A stretch of 64,000 bases of DNA from an uncultured Chloroflexia bacterium (GCA_963763775.1 CAVXPZ010000004.1:640001-704000); one strand, 5' to 3'; counted from the first letter of the stretch, positions 42,269-52,879 are shown. Notes: generated by a model not told the origin, from the sequence alone. Numbers and translations: made by a program.

Positions 42269-43091
42269 TCAGCGGCGGACCGCCCCGTCGGTCAACCCCC
42301 GGATGAACCGCCGCTGGAGCACGAGGAAGAGCAGCAGCGGCGGAAGGATCACGATCGCCATGCCAGCGAAGGTCAGCCCCTGGTCCGTCGAGTACACGGT
42401 CGAGAAGCGGCTGAGCGCCAGTGGCGCCGTGAACGTGTCGGGCTTCTGGAGCAGCACGAGGGCTCCCCCGAAATCGTTCCAGGTGAAGATCGCGACCAGG
42501 ACGGCGACGGCGAGGATCCCCGGCCGTGCGAGCGGGATCACGATCCGAAGCAGGATGTCATCCGTCCGGCGCCATCGATCCGTCCGGCGTCGATGACGTC
42601 CCGGGGGATCGTCCGGAGATAGCCGACGAGCAGCACGGTGGCGAACGAGACGCTCGTCACGACATCGGTCAGCGCGAGCCCGGTCAGGTTGTTGATCAGG
42701 CCGAGCGAGCGGAACATCGAGAACAGGGGACGATCAGCACGTCCGTCGGGATGATCAACGGCGCCAGGATCACGATGAACAGCACCGCGCGACCGGCCGG
42801 CCGCAGGAGGGTGAGGGCGTAGGCGGCCGAGACCGCGAGGGCCAGAACGACCGTCACGGTCACGACGGTGACGTAGACGGAGTTCGCCAGGGCGAGGCCA
42901 AGCTGCGCGCGGCTCCACGCTTCGCCGATGTTCTCGATCGCCGGCGGCCATGGCACATCCCACGGCGCGCGATAGATGTCGGCACTCGACCGGACCGCGT
43001 TCGCCAGCGTCCAGGCCAGCGGGTAGAGCCATACGAGTGCGAGGACCGTGAGTAGCACGGTGGTCCAGTGCCGGCGAGGCAGGCCGATCAC
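42269..43091 (-). CDS. Carbohydrate ABC permease (MalG-like); frameshifts near 42730 and 42560
   Basis: YPLAW, ANSVYVT, IPRDVIDAGRIDGAG (EAA loop), PLARPG, WNDF, LQRRFIRGLT.GA. Confidence 0.88.
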
Positions 43092-44009
43092 GACCTCACC
43101 GCCTCGGCGCGTCGGTCAAGGACCCGGTACTCGACGACCGCGAACACGAGGATGAGGGCGAGGAGGATCATCGCTTTCGCCTGCGCGGGACCGACCTCCA
43201 GGAACCGGAAGGCGGTCGTGTAGATGTCGGTCGCGACGGTCTCCGTGGCGTGGGACGGACCGCCCTCGGTCATGACCCAGACCATGTCGAAGGTCCGCAG
43301 GGTCCCGATCGTGGTCAACAGGACGACCGCGAACGTCTGCGGCCACAACAACGGCCACGTGACCCGCCGGAATTGCTGGAGACCGACCGGCGCCCTCCAG
43401 GACCGCGTGCTCGTAGTAGGCCCGCGGGAGCGCCTCGATCGCCGCGAGGTAGATGACCATGACCAGCCCAGAGAACCGCCACAGGAAGACGACGAGGATC
43501 GCCCAGAGAGCCGTGTCCGCACCCGACAGCGGCGCAACGGTCTCGGTATCGAGACCGAGGGCGTGACCGACCGTGGCGGCGATCCCGAAGTACGGGGCGT
43601 AGAGGAACTTCCAGACCGCGCCGACCGCGACAGGGGCGAGGACGAACGGCGCGAAGAACGCGATCGTGAAGAAGGTCCTCCCCCGGTGCACGTCGACCAT
43701 GAGGACCGCAAGCGCGAGGCCGAGTCCGGTCTGGAGCACCACGGCCACGCTCGTGAAGAGGACCGTATCGAGGAGGCTCCGCTGGAAGACGGCGTCGCCA
43801 AGGATCGCGTGGGCATAGTGGTCGAGCCCCACGAATGTCGTGGGCTCGAAGGCCTTGGTGTCGTGCAGGCTGAGCACGAGACCGTCGGCGAGCGGGTACA
43901 GGAGGAAGCCAGCGAGGATCGCCAGCAGCGGGAGGATGAACAGCGTGTCGATCGCGCGTTCGCGACGGGCGCGGCCGCGAAACGCGGCGCCATCCAAGGT
44001 CTTGGTCAC
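43088..44009 (-). CDS. Carbohydrate ABC permease (MalF-like); frameshift near 43390
   Basis: FILP, YPL, FVGLDHY, YLAAIEALP..YYE.A.LEGA, FD.VWVMT.GGP..ATET. Confidence 0.88.
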
Positions 44010-44187
44010 GTCCCGGGCGGGCGGGCATGGCGCGGCCCGACGGTCGGCGACGGGTGCAATTCCCTCAGGACCATCACGTCTCGCGAGCGGGATCCGACCG
44101 CTCGAACCATACTCGCTCAGCGAGCCTCGAACGAGAGCAGGCGGCTCTCCGGGCCCGCGAGCGAACCTGGTCTCGACGGAGGGCCCG

Positions 44188-45591
44188 CTGCACCCAGCTC
44201 GATCGACCCCGGACCTCGCCTGGTCGCGATCGCGCGCCCGCCGCGATGTCCTCAAGCTCGGCGCCGTGATGGCTGCCGGTGGCGTCGTGGCCCCGCTCCT
44301 GGCCGCATGCGGCGCGGCGGCGGGACCACGTGAGACACCCGCGACGGCGACCGGCGTCGACAGTGTGTCGGGACGGATCACGGTCCTCACGGAGGGCGGC
44401 GACCCCAGTGCGGACCCGGCGCTGCAACGGGTCTACGACGACTTCAAGCGGCAGCATCCCGCCGTCGAGTGGGACATCCGGGCGATCACGGGGCTCGGGC
44501 CGGAGTGGGATCGACTTGCACGTGCCACGCTCGCGTCCGGCGAGCCGGTCGGGCTGATCCTGGTCGATGGCCTGTTCGTCCGCGCGTGGACACGGGACGG
44601 CCTCCTGGCCGACCTCGGCGCCGATCCCAGGCTGTCCGCCGTACTCGCCCGGGTCCCAGCCTCCTTCCACCTCGGAGGGATCCGCGAAACCACCACGCGA
44701 GCCTTTCCGCTCGCCCTGAGCCGGGGTGTGCAGACCACGGGCTTGTACTACAACAAGGCGCTCCTCGACAAGGCAGGCCTGCAGCCTCCCAGGACCATCG
44801 CGGACCTGCGCGCGATGGTCGGGCCGCTGGCGGCCCTCGGCGCGGCGCCGCTCGTCCACCCGTCGGGTGATGCCCCGTTCAACCCGTTGCTCGTGATGTG
44901 GCTCCTGCCGATGATCGCGGAACGCGGCGGCGACCCGGTCGACTTCGTCGAGCGAACGATCAAGGGCGAGATCCGGTACGACAGCCCCGAATGGACCGAG
45001 GCGTTCCAGACGATCGCCGACCTCCGGAGCTCCGGCGTCCTGCTGGACGGGTCTGGCGCGACGGACTACGCCACGATGCAACTCCTCTTCCTCCAGGGCA
45101 AGGCGGCCATGACGTACAACGGCACCTGGATGCTGGACCAGCTGCTGACAGGGACGCCGACCGTCGACTTCGACCTGCACGTGGCGCCGCTGCCGCTCGT
45201 GGGTGGAGCCTCGAAGGCACGATCCATCCTCGCCTGGGCCGGTTTCGCGATGCCGGCCTCGCCCGCGGCAAGCGGCGACAGCGTCGCAGCGTTCCTGGAG
45301 TACGCGAGTCGCCCCGACGTCGACCGCGCCGTCGTCCAGGGCCTGCAGTGCTACTCGCCGATCGCGGACTCGAATGTCGCGATCGAGAACGAGGTGGCCC
45401 AGGAGTTCCTCCCGATGCTCGACGACGCCATCACCTCGCTCAATTGGCTCTGGGAGCCGGAGATCGATGCCGAGATCGGCGACCAGGTCCAAGCCCTCGT
45501 GAAGGGCGATACGGACCCAGCCGCTGTCGGGGCGGCGATCCAGGCCGTCGCCGACCAACTCCGTTCGGCCGGTCGAAGCTACTACCCTTGA
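44188..45591 (+). CDS. Sugar ABC substrate-binding lipoprotein with Tat signal (start uncertain)
   Basis: ARRDVLK twin-arginine motif, lipobox LLAAC, LYYNKALL.KAG, F.QGKAAM..NGTW; best RBS GGAGGG precedes a CTG. Confidence 0.88.
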   Translation: MHPARSTPDLAWSRSRARRDVLKLGAVMAAGGVVAPLLAACGAAAGPRETPATATGVDSVSGRITVLTEGGDPSADPALQRVYDDFKRQHPAVEWDIRAITGLGPEWDRLARATLASGEPVGLILVDGLFVRAWTRDGLLADLGADPRLSAVLARVPASFHLGGIRETTTRAFPLALSRGVQTTGLYYNKALLDKAGLQPPRTIADLRAMVGPLAALGAAPLVHPSGDAPFNPLLVMWLLPMIAERGGDPVDFVERTIKGEIRYDSPEWTEAFQTIADLRSSGVLLDGSGATDYATMQLLFLQGKAAMTYNGTWMLDQLLTGTPTVDFDLHVAPLPLVGGASKARSILAWAGFAMPASPAASGDSVAAFLEYASRPDVDRAVVQGLQCYSPIADSNVAIENEVAQEFLPMLDDAITSLNWLWEPEIDAEIGDQVQALVKGDTDPAAVGAAIQAVADQLRSAGRSYYP

Positions 45592-45596
45592 GGGGC

Positions 45597-48340
45597 GTGA
45601 CCGACTCGCTGCTCGATACCAAGTTCTATGCGCCGAGGCGCCGGCAGGACCTCGTGCCCCGACCGCAGCTCACGGATCGCGTGCGGCGCGGGACGCGATC
45701 GAAGCTGACGCTCGTCTCGGCCCCGGCCGGGTTCGGCAAGTCGACCCTGTTGGCCGAGTGGCTGGCCGCCGCGCCGGCCGATGGATCGGTCACCGCGTGG
45801 CTGTCGCTCGATCCGGGCGATGACGACCCGATGGTGTTCTGGACGCAGGTGGTCGCCGCGCTACGGACGGTGGCGGACGTGGGCGCGAGCACGCTGACGC
45901 TGCTCGAATCGCCTGACCGGGCGATCGACACCGTGTTGGCGCCCTTGCTCAACGACCTCAACGCCTTGCCGCATGACGTCGTCCTGGTCTTCGACGACTT
46001 CCACGTGATCGGATCGGCCGCGATCCAGGTCGGGATGGCCTTCCTGCTCGAGCATCTCCCGGCGCACGTGCACCTGGTGATCGCGACGCGCGCCGACCCG
46101 GCCTTGCCGCTCGCCCGTCTCCGCGCGCGCGGCGAGCTGGTCGAGATCCGGCCGGAGACCTTCGCTTCACCACCGACGAGGCGGATGCGTTCCTCAACGA
46201 GGTGATGGCACTCGATGTGACGGCCGACGATGTCGCGATGCTCGAGGGCAGGACCGAGGGCTGGATCGCCGCCATCCAACTCGCGGGGATCTCGATGCAG
46301 GGGCGCGCGGACGTCGCCGGTTTCATCGCCCGGTTCGCCGGCGACGACCGGTACATCGTCGACTACCTCGTCGAGGAGGTCCTCCAACGGCAGTCGGAGC
46401 AGGTCCGCACTTTCCTGCTGGAGACGTCGATCCTGAGCCGTCTGAATGGCGCGTTGTCCGATGCCGTGACCGGCCAGGTCGGCGGCAGGGCGATGCTGGA
46501 GGCTCTGGAGCGACAGAACCTGTTCCTCATCCCGCTGGACGACCGGCGAGCGTGGTATCGCTACCACCACCTGTTCGCCGATGTGCTCCAGGCGCGACTT
46601 CGGGACGAACGCCCCGAGCGCGTGCCCGAGCTTCACGGCCGCGCCGCCGAGTGGCACGAGCATGACGGCGAGCGAGCGGACGCGATCCGCCACGCGATGG
46701 CCGGGAGGGACTTCGAGCGAGCCGCGGATCTCGTCGAGCTCGCGATCCCGGCGACGAGCCGGGGCCGACAGGAGGCGACGTTGCGCCGGTGGCTGGAGGC
46801 CCTCCCCGACGAGGTGATCCGGGTGCGACCAGTGCTGAGCGACGGCTATGCCGGGACCCTGCTGGTCCGGGGCGAGACGGCGGGCGTCGAGGCGCGGCTC
46901 GAGGATGCCGAGCGTTGGCTGGAGGCGACCGACGTCGTGCCTTCGGCGGACGGGTCCGGGCCCAAGATGGTCGTGGCGGACCAGGAGGCCTTCCGAACCC
47001 TGCCCGCCAGGATCGCGATGCACCGCGCGGGCCTGGCGCGACTGCGCGGCGATGTCCCCGGCACCATCGAGCACGCTCACCGGACGCTCGAGCTCGTGGA
47101 CGAGGACGATGACCTCGGCCAGGGAGCGGCGTCGACCCTTCTTGGTCTCGCCCACTGGGCCAATGGGGATCTCGAGGCAGCGACCGACCTGTACGCCGGG
47201 GCGATGACGCGCTTCGAACGAGCGGACTACCTGTCCGACGCGATCGGGCTCGCCATCGCCATGGCCGACATGCGGCTCGCCCAGGGCCGGCTTGCCGAGG
47301 CGATGTCGACGTACGAACGGGGACTGGCGCTGGCGACGCGCGGGCGCTCCGTGACCCTGCGGGGGGCCGCGGACATGCACGTGGGCATCGGCGAGATCAT
47401 GCGTCAGCGCGGTGACATCGCGGGTGCCGCGCAACAGCTGCGCCAGGCCGGCGACCTGGGCGAAGAGAACGGCCTCCCGCAGAACCCATACCGGTCGCGG
47501 GTGGCTGGCGCTCTGCTCCTGGCCTCGCAAGGGGACTTGGCCAACGCCGTCGGGCTGCTCGACGAGGCGGAGCGCGTCTTCTTCAGTGACTTCTCCCCGA
47601 ACGTCCGACCCATCCCGGCCTTGCGGGCCCGGCTGTGGCTACGCCAGGGGCGCTTGCCGGAGGCGCTCGGGTGGGCGCGCGCCCGGAACCTGTCGGCGAC
47701 TGACTTGACGTATGAGCACGAGTTCGAGCACGCGACCCTGGCCCGAGTCCTGTTAGCGCAAGGGGTGCAGGAGCGGGCCGACGACCACATCCGCGCGGCC
47801 ATCGATCTCACCGAGCGCCTCCTCGTCGCGGCCGAGGCAGGTGGGCGCCACGGGAGCGCCATCGACATCCTCATCGCGCAGGCGCTCGCCCGTCAGGCAG
47901 ATCACGACGAGGCGGGCGCGACGGCGGCCCTGGGTCGCGCGCTCGCGATCGCGGAGCCTGAAGGCTATGTCCGCGCCTTCCTCGACGAGGGACCGCCGAT
48001 GAGCATGCTGCTGAAGCTGGCGGCCAAGGACCGTCGCGCGCCGAGCTACGTCCGCCGACTCCTGGCGACCGCGAGCGTCGCCGACCGGATCGAGGCAGCC
48101 GTCCCGCAGCCACTCATCGAACCGCTCAGCGAGCGGGAACTCGGGGTCCTCCGCTTCCTAGCGACCGATCTCGACGGCCCCGATATCGCGCGTGCGCTTT
48201 CCATCTCGGTCGCCACCGTGCGGACGCACACCCGCACCATCTACTCGAAGCTCGGCGTGAACAACCGGCGGGCGGCGGTCCGCCGCGCCGACGAGCTCGG
48301 CCTCCTCTCGCGAACGCAAGAGCGTCGCCCCAGCGAGTGA
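45597..48340 (+). CDS. MalT-like STAND ATPase-TPR-LuxR regulator; frameshift near 46150
   Basis: LL.TK, APAGFGKSTLL, WLSLD, DDFH, TEGW, DYLVEEVL, YRYHHLFAD; LuxR HTH EPLSERE...TVRTH...IYSKLGV. Confidence 0.93.
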
Positions 48341-48412
48341 CGCCTCGCGGCGAACGCCGCGACGACCATGCGCGTGCAGCGCGCAAGAGCCTCGATGGCG
48401 CTTGCCGAAGTT

Positions 48413-48453
48413 TCATCACCCCGCTCATCAGGTGTGGTGATGCGCGCTCATCA
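48413..48453. promoter_or_regulatory. Cluster of CATCA(CC) direct and inverted repeats
   Basis: TCATCA at 48413, 48425 and 48448; CATCACC (48414-48420) inverted with GGTGATG (48436-48442). Confidence 0.7.
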
Positions 48454-48534
48454 CATCCGCTTCCACCTTGTGCGAGTGACTCAGGTCGGTGTCGCCGGCC
48501 GGAGATCCAGTTGGCAACACGCACAAGGAGCGGG

Positions 48535-48813
48535 ATGACCGAACGACACGCCAGGACGACAGACGCCGATGAAGCCGGGCGCTACGAGATCCGGCTCGCC
48601 GGCCGGCTCGACGCACGCTGGGCCGCGTGGTTCGACGGACTGACCGTCGACGACACGGTCGACGGGACCACCGTCATCGCTGGCGATGTGCCCGACCAGG
48701 CGGCCCTCCATGGGCTGCTCCAGCGAGTCCGTGATCTCGGCTTGCCGCTGATCTCGGTCACGAGGATCGAGCCGGACGAGCCCGACCTCCCACCTTCCGA
48801 CCAACCGCGATGA
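48535..48813 (+). CDS. Small conserved-looking hypothetical protein (ACT/ferredoxin-like pattern)
   Basis: RBS AAGGAG; YEIRLAGRLD..W..WFDGL...T.I.G...DQAALHGLL..VRDLGL.LISV. Confidence 0.8.
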   Translation: MTERHARTTDADEAGRYEIRLAGRLDARWAAWFDGLTVDDTVDGTTVIAGDVPDQAALHGLLQRVRDLGLPLISVTRIEPDEPDLPPSDQPR

Positions 48814-48836
48814 CGCGTAACGACAAGGAGACCGAC

Positions 48837-49643
48837 ATGACCCAGACATCACGAGCCACCGCCAGCAAGCCAGCCCCGATGGACCCGGAGCGGAAGACCG
48901 CCCTCGTCGTCGGTGTGCTCTTCATCCTCACCTTCATCACGTCGATCGCGGCCGTGTTCGCCTACGGCACGGTCCTCACCGATCCCGACTACGTGACTGG
49001 TCCCGGCGCCGACACCGGCGTGTTCGTCGGGGCGTTCCTGGAGCTGTTCCTGATCATCACCAACATCGGCTGCGCCGTCGTGCTGTACCCGATCCTGAAG
49101 TGGCAGAGCGAGGCGATCTCGCTCGGCTACGTTGCCGCCCGGATCATGGAGTGCACGTTCATCCTGGTCGGCATCATCGCCGTCCTCGCGGTCGTCTCGT
49201 TGCGGCAGGTCGCCGCCAGCGCCGACGCGGGTTCGGTCACCACGCTCGGTACCTCCCTGGTCGACATCAAGGACTGGACGTTCCTGCTCGGCCCCGGCTT
49301 CGCCGACGGGATCGGGACGGGCCTGCTCCTCGGGTGGCTGATGTACCGGTCGGGCCTCGTGCACCGTCGCATGGCCCTCTTCGGGGTCATCGGTGGTCCG
49401 CTGCTCGCGATCTCCGGCGCCGCCGTGCTGCTGGGCGTGATCCCGCAGGGTTCGTCGGTCCAGGGTCTGATGACCATCCCGGAGATCATCTGGGAGGCAT
49501 ACCTCGGCCTGTGGCTCACCTTCAAGGGCTTCAACGCGGCGGCCCCGATCCTCGGCCTCGTCCGCCGCGAACGCGGGATGCGCGAGCAGGCCATCGCTCA
49601 GGAGGCGATCGCACCGGCGTACGTGGCCCCCGCCGCGGCCTGA
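48837..49643 (+). CDS. DUF4386-family membrane protein
   Basis: RBS AAGGAG; about 6 TM segments; LYPILK, GYVAARIME, YRSGLV.R, WE..LGLWL..KGF. Confidence 0.85.
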   Translation: MTQTSRATASKPAPMDPERKTALVVGVLFILTFITSIAAVFAYGTVLTDPDYVTGPGADTGVFVGAFLELFLIITNIGCAVVLYPILKWQSEAISLGYVAARIMECTFILVGIIAVLAVVSLRQVAASADAGSVTTLGTSLVDIKDWTFLLGPGFADGIGTGLLLGWLMYRSGLVHRRMALFGVIGGPLLAISGAAVLLGVIPQGSSVQGLMTIPEIIWEAYLGLWLTFKGFNAAAPILGLVRRERGMREQAIAQEAIAPAYVAPAAA

Positions 49644-49660
49644 AACGTCACAAGAAGGAA

Positions 49661-49693
49661 CGACGGCCCCGGTGCTCGGCGCCGGGGCCGTCG
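49661..49693 (+). terminator. GC-rich hairpin after the DUF4386 gene
   Basis: cgacggccccggtgc-tcg-gcgccggggccgtcg. Confidence 0.65.
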
Positions 49694-49757
49694 TCACGTC
49701 CGGATCTCCGACCGCCGAGCCTAGGGCTCATGACGATCAAGCGAAAGGAACGTCTCC

Positions 49758-50733
49758 ATGTCTGACCAGGACGACCCGACCGACGCGTACGACGTCGTGA
49801 TCGTCGGGGGCGGGGCCGCCGGCCTGAATGCCGCCCTCGTCCTCGGCCGCGCACGGCGTCGGGTCGCCGTCGTCGACGCGGGCGCGCCGCGCAACGCACC
49901 AGCCGCCCACATGCAGGGCTTCCTGTCCCGCGACGGGATGCCGCCGACCGAGTTGCTCGCGACGGGCCGGGTCGAAGTCGGCGGCTACGGCGTCGAGCTG
50001 ATCGAGGACAACGTCGTCGCGATCGAGGCCGGATTCACCGTGCGGCTCGCCGGCGACCGGGCCCTGGATGCAAGACGGATCCTGATCGCCACGGGTGTCC
50101 GCGATGTCCTGCCGGATATCCCCGGAGTCCGGGAACGATGGGGCCGCGATCTCCTCCACTGTCCGTACTGCCACGGGTGGGAGGTCCGCGATCAGCCGCT
50201 CGGGGTGCTCGGGACCCGGCCGGACGCCGTCGATCATGCGCTGCTGATCCGCCAGTGGTCCGAGGACGTGATCCTCTTCGCCCACACGCTGGATCTCGGC
50301 GCCGACGACCTCGGCCGGCTGGACGCGAGGGGCGTGCGGGTCGTGCCGTGGGACCGTCGCCCGCCTGCTCGTCGAGGACGACCGGTTGACCGGCGTGGGA
50401 CTCGACGACGGTCGCGTGATCCCGCGTGCGGCCGTGTTCATCCGGCCGACCAACGTCCCACATGCCGATGGCCTGCTGGCGGGGCTCGGGTGCGATCTCG
50501 ATGTCGCCGGCTTCCCCGTCGTCGACGGGGCCGGGCGGACCAGCTGCCCGGGGGTCTGGGCAGCCGGGAACGTGGTCGATCCCCGGTCCCAGGTGATCAC
50601 GTCCGCCGGCGCTGGCTCAGCGGCGGCGATCGCGATCAACGCGGACCTGGTCCAGGACGACGTCGATCGTGCGGTCGAGCTCGGTCGGGCGACATCGGCA
50701 CCCGACCGCCTACATGACGGGGAACGTCTCTGA
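49758..50733 (+). CDS. Thioredoxin-reductase-like NAD(P)/FAD oxidoreductase; frameshift near 50350
   Basis: VGGGAAG, IATG..D, HCPYCHGWE, GVWAAGN. Confidence 0.9.
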
Positions 50734-51021
50734 CACGAGGACCGCGGCTCCGCCCGCCAGGACCGGGCACCCCTTCGCGAGCGAGACTGCTGCGTCCAGG
50801 TCGTCGGCCTTGATGATCGAGTAGCCGCTCGGCGCCGACGTCGCGTCCATCACGGACCCGTCCGGCGAGATGGCCTTCGATCGTGAGATGGGATTGCCGC
50901 CGTCGACCAGGGCGTCGCCCAGGGCGCCGAACCAGCTCGTCCAGGCGGCCATGACCTGGTCCTGCTCCTCCTTGGTCTCGGGCATGCTGCCGCCATGGAA
51001 CGTGAGCAAGAAGTTCGCCAT
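50710..51021 (-). CDS. YciI-like protein
   Basis: RBS GGAGG; W..WF..LG..LVDGGNP, SGYSIIKA.DLD.A...AKGCP. Confidence 0.8.
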   Translation of the reverse strand: MANFLLTFHGGSMPETKEEQDQVMAAWTSWFGALGDALVDGGNPISRSKAISPDGSVMDATSAPSGYSIIKADDLDAAVSLAKGCPVLAGGAAVLVSETFPVM

Positions 51022-51155
51022 ATCGATCCACCTCCGTGGCCGCGACGCCTTCGCGGCGCAGCCGACCTGCCTCCGGCGACCGGATGTCGCCAGTCTTCCG
51101 GGAGAACGACGAACGGGCCGCCGCGAATCGACAGCCCTCGCCGAGGATCCCACGC

Positions 51156-51446
51156 TCACATCGCGATCGACTCGTAGAGCCGCACGCTCGAGGCATACGG
51201 ACAGTCGACAAGGAGTGCCTCGGCATCTTCCCGACTCGCGGCGGAGATGATCGCGTAGCCGGTCGCCGCGACGTCCGTCGACACCAGCTCGCGCGAGCCC
51301 GACCGCGTGACCTCGACGCCCGTCCCAAGCGGTGTCCCGCTATCGATGAACCGGTCGCCGACACGGGCGAACCATGCTTGCCATGCCTCCATGATCTCCG
51401 CCTTCGGGTCCCACTGATCGTGGAACAGGACCAGGTACTTCTTCAC
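51156..51446 (-). CDS. YciI-like protein (paralog)
   Basis: RBS AGGAGG; W..WF..VG..FIDSG.P, TGYAII.A.S.EDA..L..DCP. Confidence 0.78.
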   Translation of the reverse strand: MKKYLVLFHDQWDPKAEIMEAWQAWFARVGDRFIDSGTPLGTGVEVTRSGSRELVSTDVAATGYAIISAASREDAEALLVDCPYASSVRLYESIAM

Positions 51447-51799
51447 GGGTCCTCCTGGGTGCTGGGTGCCGCTCCGGATAGATAGCGGAGCTGGTTCTCG
51501 AGGGTTTCCCGCTCGGTCCCCCAGTAGGCGTGGAACTGGCCGAGCCAACCCTGGACATCACGGATCGCCGCACGGTCGAGTGTCAGGAATGTGGTCCGGC
51601 CGAGCTTCCGGCGATCGACAAGACCGGCGGCCTCGAGGACGCCGACGTGCTTGTTCATCGCCGGCAGCGACAGGCCGACGTCCCGGGCGAGCCGGCTGAT
51701 CGACGTCGGGTTGTGACCGAGCTGCTGCACCATCGTGCGCCGGTTCCGATTGGCCAGCGCCGCGAACCGGCGATCCAGGTCGTCCGGCTCGTCCGGCAC
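51443..51799 (-). CDS. ArsR/SmtB-family regulator
   Basis: LD..F.ALA...RR.MV..L, SLPAMNKH..VLE.AGLV.R.K.GR. Confidence 0.9.
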   Translation of the reverse strand: MPDEPDDLDRRFAALANRNRRTMVQQLGHNPTSISRLARDVGLSLPAMNKHVGVLEAAGLVDRRKLGRTTFLTLDRAAIRDVQGWLGQFHAYWGTERETLENQLRYLSGAAPSTQEDP

Positions 51800-51815
51800 G
51801 TCGTCCTCGCTAACA

Positions 51816-51833
51816 GTTCACCGACCGGTGAAC
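51816..51833. promoter_or_regulatory. Probable ArsR operator
   Basis: Perfect inverted repeat GTTCACCG-ac-CGGTGAAC adjoining a minus-strand -10-like TAAGGT. Confidence 0.7.
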
Positions 51834-51933
51834 CTTAGTCCGGCGGTGCGTCCAGGTCAAGTCGATGGACATGAAGACGGGCGCCTCATGGCGCCCGTCT
51901 GAACCGCATCGGTGGCGCGCCGCGGCGCCGAGG

Positions 51934-52203
51934 TCAGGAACGCGTCGTGAACCAGATCGTCGGGGCCCCTTCGACGCCGGCGTCGTGCATCGCCGCGCGC
52001 AGCTCGGGGCTGGCACCGAAGGCCTGGGCCGCCTCGAGCGTCGCGAACTCGTGGCGCACGGTGACGTCGTTCGGGTTGTCGATGGCCTGGTACACGGCCT
52101 GGTCCTGGACGCCGAGCGTCTTCTGGGTCGGCGTGAACCCGTCGTAGACCCGGCGCCAAGCCGCGTAGTCGGCGACCTCGTGACGAACGAAGAGCGTGGT
52201 CAT
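51934..52203 (-). CDS. Small dimeric alpha/beta-barrel (ABM/cyclase-like) protein
   Basis: RBS GGAGG; VRH.VADYAAW...YD, DNPNDV.V.HEF, LR.AM..AGV.G.P.IWF. Confidence 0.78.
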   Translation of the reverse strand: MTTLFVRHEVADYAAWRRVYDGFTPTQKTLGVQDQAVYQAIDNPNDVTVRHEFATLEAAQAFGASPELRAAMHDAGVEGAPTIWFTTRS

Positions 52204-52281
52204 CGTGATGCCTCCGGCCGGTCAGCGGCGAAGCGCGGACGTCGCACCTCGGCTGTCGCGTCGATCCTGCTCCTCCAGTCT

Positions 52282-52340
52282 CTGTCATGTCAAGTACTGT
52301 CATGTGAGAAGTTGCAAAGACAGCCGTCCGTTGCTATGGT
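52282..52340. promoter_or_regulatory. Divergent promoters with repeated operator
   Basis: CTGTCATGT direct repeat (52282, 52297); minus-strand TTGACA (52293-52288); plus-strand TTGCAA-17 nt-TATGGT-6 nt-ATG. Confidence 0.72.
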
Positions 52341-52346
52341 GCCCGC

Positions 52347-52820
52347 ATGAGCGACGAGGATGATCCCGCCCGGCCTGCGGCGCTCTGGAATGACGCCTGG
52401 CGCGGCGTGCTCTTCGCCACGTCGAGGACGCTCCAGGTCGCCGAGCCGGAACTCATCGAGCGCGCGGGTTTCCCGCTGACCTGGCTCGACGTCCTGGCGC
52501 AGCTGTATGACGCCCCAGAGAGCGGTCTGCGGATGCAGGAGCTCGAGCAACGCTCGCTCTTCACGAGGAGCGGGCTGACCCGACTGGTCGATCGGATCGA
52601 GGCGGCGGGCCTCGTGCGCCGCGAAGCGGTGCCGGGGGATCGGCGCGGCGTCCGGGTCGTCCTGACGCCCGAGGGTCGCCGCCGGCACGACGCGGCATTC
52701 GCGGACCACCTCCAGGTCATCGAGCGGGAATTCGGCCGCCGGCTGACCGTCGACCAGCAGCGAGCGGTCGCCGAGGCCCTGGCGACCTTCTGGCACGACG
52801 AACCGCCGACCGGAAGCTGA
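52347..52820 (+). CDS. MarR-family regulator
   Basis: DVL.QL, LRMQEL, TRSGLTRLVDRIE.AGLV.R, DRRG...LT.EG. Confidence 0.92.
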   Translation: MSDEDDPARPAALWNDAWRGVLFATSRTLQVAEPELIERAGFPLTWLDVLAQLYDAPESGLRMQELEQRSLFTRSGLTRLVDRIEAAGLVRREAVPGDRRGVRVVLTPEGRRRHDAAFADHLQVIEREFGRRLTVDQQRAVAEALATFWHDEPPTGS

Positions 52821-52879
52821 CCGAAGGACATGGTGTCGATCGCGGAGCCTGGCCGTCCCGGCACGTCCCAGGGCAGGCC

